This document shows positions 62,537 to 64,000 of a DNA stretch of 64,000 nucleotides, one piece after another (the first letter of the stretch is position 1; each line of letters starts with the position of its first letter). The position numbers and the translations under genes are program-made. Source of the stretch: an uncultured Acidimicrobiia bacterium (GTDB taxonomy: Bacteria > Actinomycetota > Acidimicrobiia > Acidimicrobiales > AC-14); the NCBI GenBank assembly GCA_963836205.1, contig CAWIIV010000019.1, positions 42,042 through 106,041 on the forward strand. The letters are read 5' to 3'. The notes under the pieces were generated by a model. The model had not been told where the DNA came from. It ran no database searches and worked only from the letters and a program-made list of their open reading frames with translations.

Positions 62537-63804
62537 GAGAGGTAGTACCCCCGGGAGAAGGCGGCGGTGAGGGCGACGAGTCCCACGGCGCTGGCCGCGG
62601 TGGCGGCCTTGCGGATGGCGGGGCGGTCGGCGACCAGCTCGCCCGCCACCGCGAAGCAGGGGAAGGCGGCCAGGAGGTACCGGCTCATCCCGAAGAAGTT
62701 CTTGGTCGACAGGGCTGAGAGTCCGATCAGGAGGAGGACGTAGATCCCGTAGCCCTTCCCAAATCGGCGAAAGATGCGGGGCGTGAGCGCGAGCCCGGCG
62801 AAGGTGAGAATCGGGTGGGCGACGAACGTCAGCCACGAGAGCGGGCTGCTGAAGTTGGTCACGTCCTCGAAGAACTGGATCTTCAGCCACGTGCGCAACC
62901 CCGCCTGCTGGTCCCACGCCTCCTGCCCGGTGAGGAACGCCAACGGATCGCCGAACCGCGACCACAGGTAGATCGAGAACGCCGCCAGCCCGCCGGCCGA
63001 CAGGAGCACGCCCGCCCCCCGCCACCGGCGGTCGGCCGCAGTCGAGGTCGAGGTCGCGGTCGCCGCCGCGTCGGTCGACGACGTCCCGGTGGCAGGTGTG
63101 GCCGCAATCGCGTCGGTGGCCGGAGTCGTCCCGGCCGCACCGTTCACCGCCGCCCCATCCCGCCGCCGCTCCCACGCCCGCACCGCCAGCCCGATCACCA
63201 GCACCGCCCCCATCGGCCGGCAGGCAGTGGCCACCGCCCCCACCAGCCCCGCCAGCGACGGGTGGTCCTTCTCGAGGAGGACGAAGGCGCCGATGACCGC
63301 CAGGATGAACACCGCGTCGGCGTAGACGGCCCCGAACATGAAGAAGGCGTACGGGTAGAGGATGAAGAGCAGCAATCCCGACTTGGCCGCCCCCGGGCTC
63401 AGCCGCTCACGGACCCAGGTGAAGAAGAGCGCCGCCGCCCCGATGCCCGCCGCCGCCGTCACGAGGATCCCGGACAGGTACGTGCTCCCGACGACGCCAC
63501 CGGTGAGCCGCATCAGCAGCGGATAGGCAGGAAAGAACACGACCGTCGACTGCTGCCCCTCGACGTACGAGTACCCGTCGCGGGCGATCCGGTAGTACCA
63601 CCCCGAGTCCCACTGCGCCCACCCCTCCACCCACTGGTACCCGGTGAACGGCGGTGCCACATGCGGCTGCCCCGACCACGGGAGCAGGGCGACGGCCAGC
63701 CCCGACACGACAAAGAGAACGGCCACCACGCCAGCGGCAAGAAGTGCAGCCCGCCACGCCGAGGTCTCGATCGGCCGGGCCGGAAGGGCTCTGGTGGACT
63801 GCAT
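62533..63804 (-). CDS. GT-C mannosyltransferase-like (PIG-V type) membrane protein
   Basis: WDSGWY..IA..GY, FFPAYP.L, YP..FF...VYAD, A.A.RP.G, Q..W, RY...AFP.F. Confidence 0.88.
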   Translation of the reverse strand: MQSTRALPARPIETSAWRAALLAAGVVAVLFVVSGLAVALLPWSGQPHVAPPFTGYQWVEGWAQWDSGWYYRIARDGYSYVEGQQSTVVFFPAYPLLMRLTGGVVGSTYLSGILVTAAAGIGAAALFFTWVRERLSPGAAKSGLLLFILYPYAFFMFGAVYADAVFILAVIGAFVLLEKDHPSLAGLVGAVATACRPMGAVLVIGLAVRAWERRRDGAAVNGAAGTTPATDAIAATPATGTSSTDAAATATSTSTAADRRWRGAGVLLSAGGLAAFSIYLWSRFGDPLAFLTGQEAWDQQAGLRTWLKIQFFEDVTNFSSPLSWLTFVAHPILTFAGLALTPRIFRRFGKGYGIYVLLLIGLSALSTKNFFGMSRYLLAAFPCFAVAGELVADRPAIRKAATAASAVGLVALTAAFSRGYYLS

Positions 63805-64000
63805 CGGCTCCTGGTGATCCCCCGGCGGCCAGTCCCCCGGAAAGTAGCACGGGGTACTCCAGGCTCTGCACGAACGTCTGCCCTGCCAGAGTCGCTCACG
63901 CGCACAGCGATGGGGGCGGGTACCGGTCGCACGAGGGCGAGTCGTAGAGCCTGACCCTCACGACCGCTGGAAAAGCTGATTCTCCTCCGCCAGCAGGCGA

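Noticed and set aside
63958-64000. 3' end of a minus-strand gene entering from the right edge (RLLAEENQLFQRS*)
   Set aside because: Too short to support a call.

Overview
A high-GC actinobacterial chromosome segment; gene content and synteny suggest Acidimicrobiia, which is an inference. It is mostly core genome. From left to right: a nitrate/nitrite assimilation locus (nirB-nirD-DmsB/DmsC fusion, divergent nnaR, GlnR-like and NnaR-like sites); gmd; a VanW-family protein and small enzymes; a YtrA-type GntR module with its operator; the conserved minus-strand block rsmD-coaD-sepIVA-like-yceD-rpmF-plsX-acpP-rnc-mutM-smc-ftsY-ffh-rpsP-khpA-rimM; DAK2-vapBC-recG with rpmB; thiL-thiD; pckG; uvrD2; xth; a NYN-S1 RNase; kgd; a membrane pseudokinase; SIS and SIS-HypC genes; and a glycan-modification cluster. 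I saw no rRNA, tRNA, CRISPR array or transposase. Five genes (vanW-like, khpA, ftsY, smc, thiD) carry apparent single-base frameshifts, most likely assembly errors. The best leads are: (1) a HAD nucleotidase ending in a beta-clamp-binding-like motif (QLRLF), divergent from uvrD2, with PafBC/RecA-NDp-type promoters on both sides; (2) an orphan 77-aa protein gene with a CRP-like site and a three-hairpin 3' end; (3) a NYN-S1 RNase with a ~430-aa disordered tail; (4) a catalytically degenerate kinase divergent from kgd; (5) a membrane DmsBC module inside an assimilatory nitrite operon; (6) a probable CTG start for rnc. All family calls come from motif recognition by eye; no database search was run.
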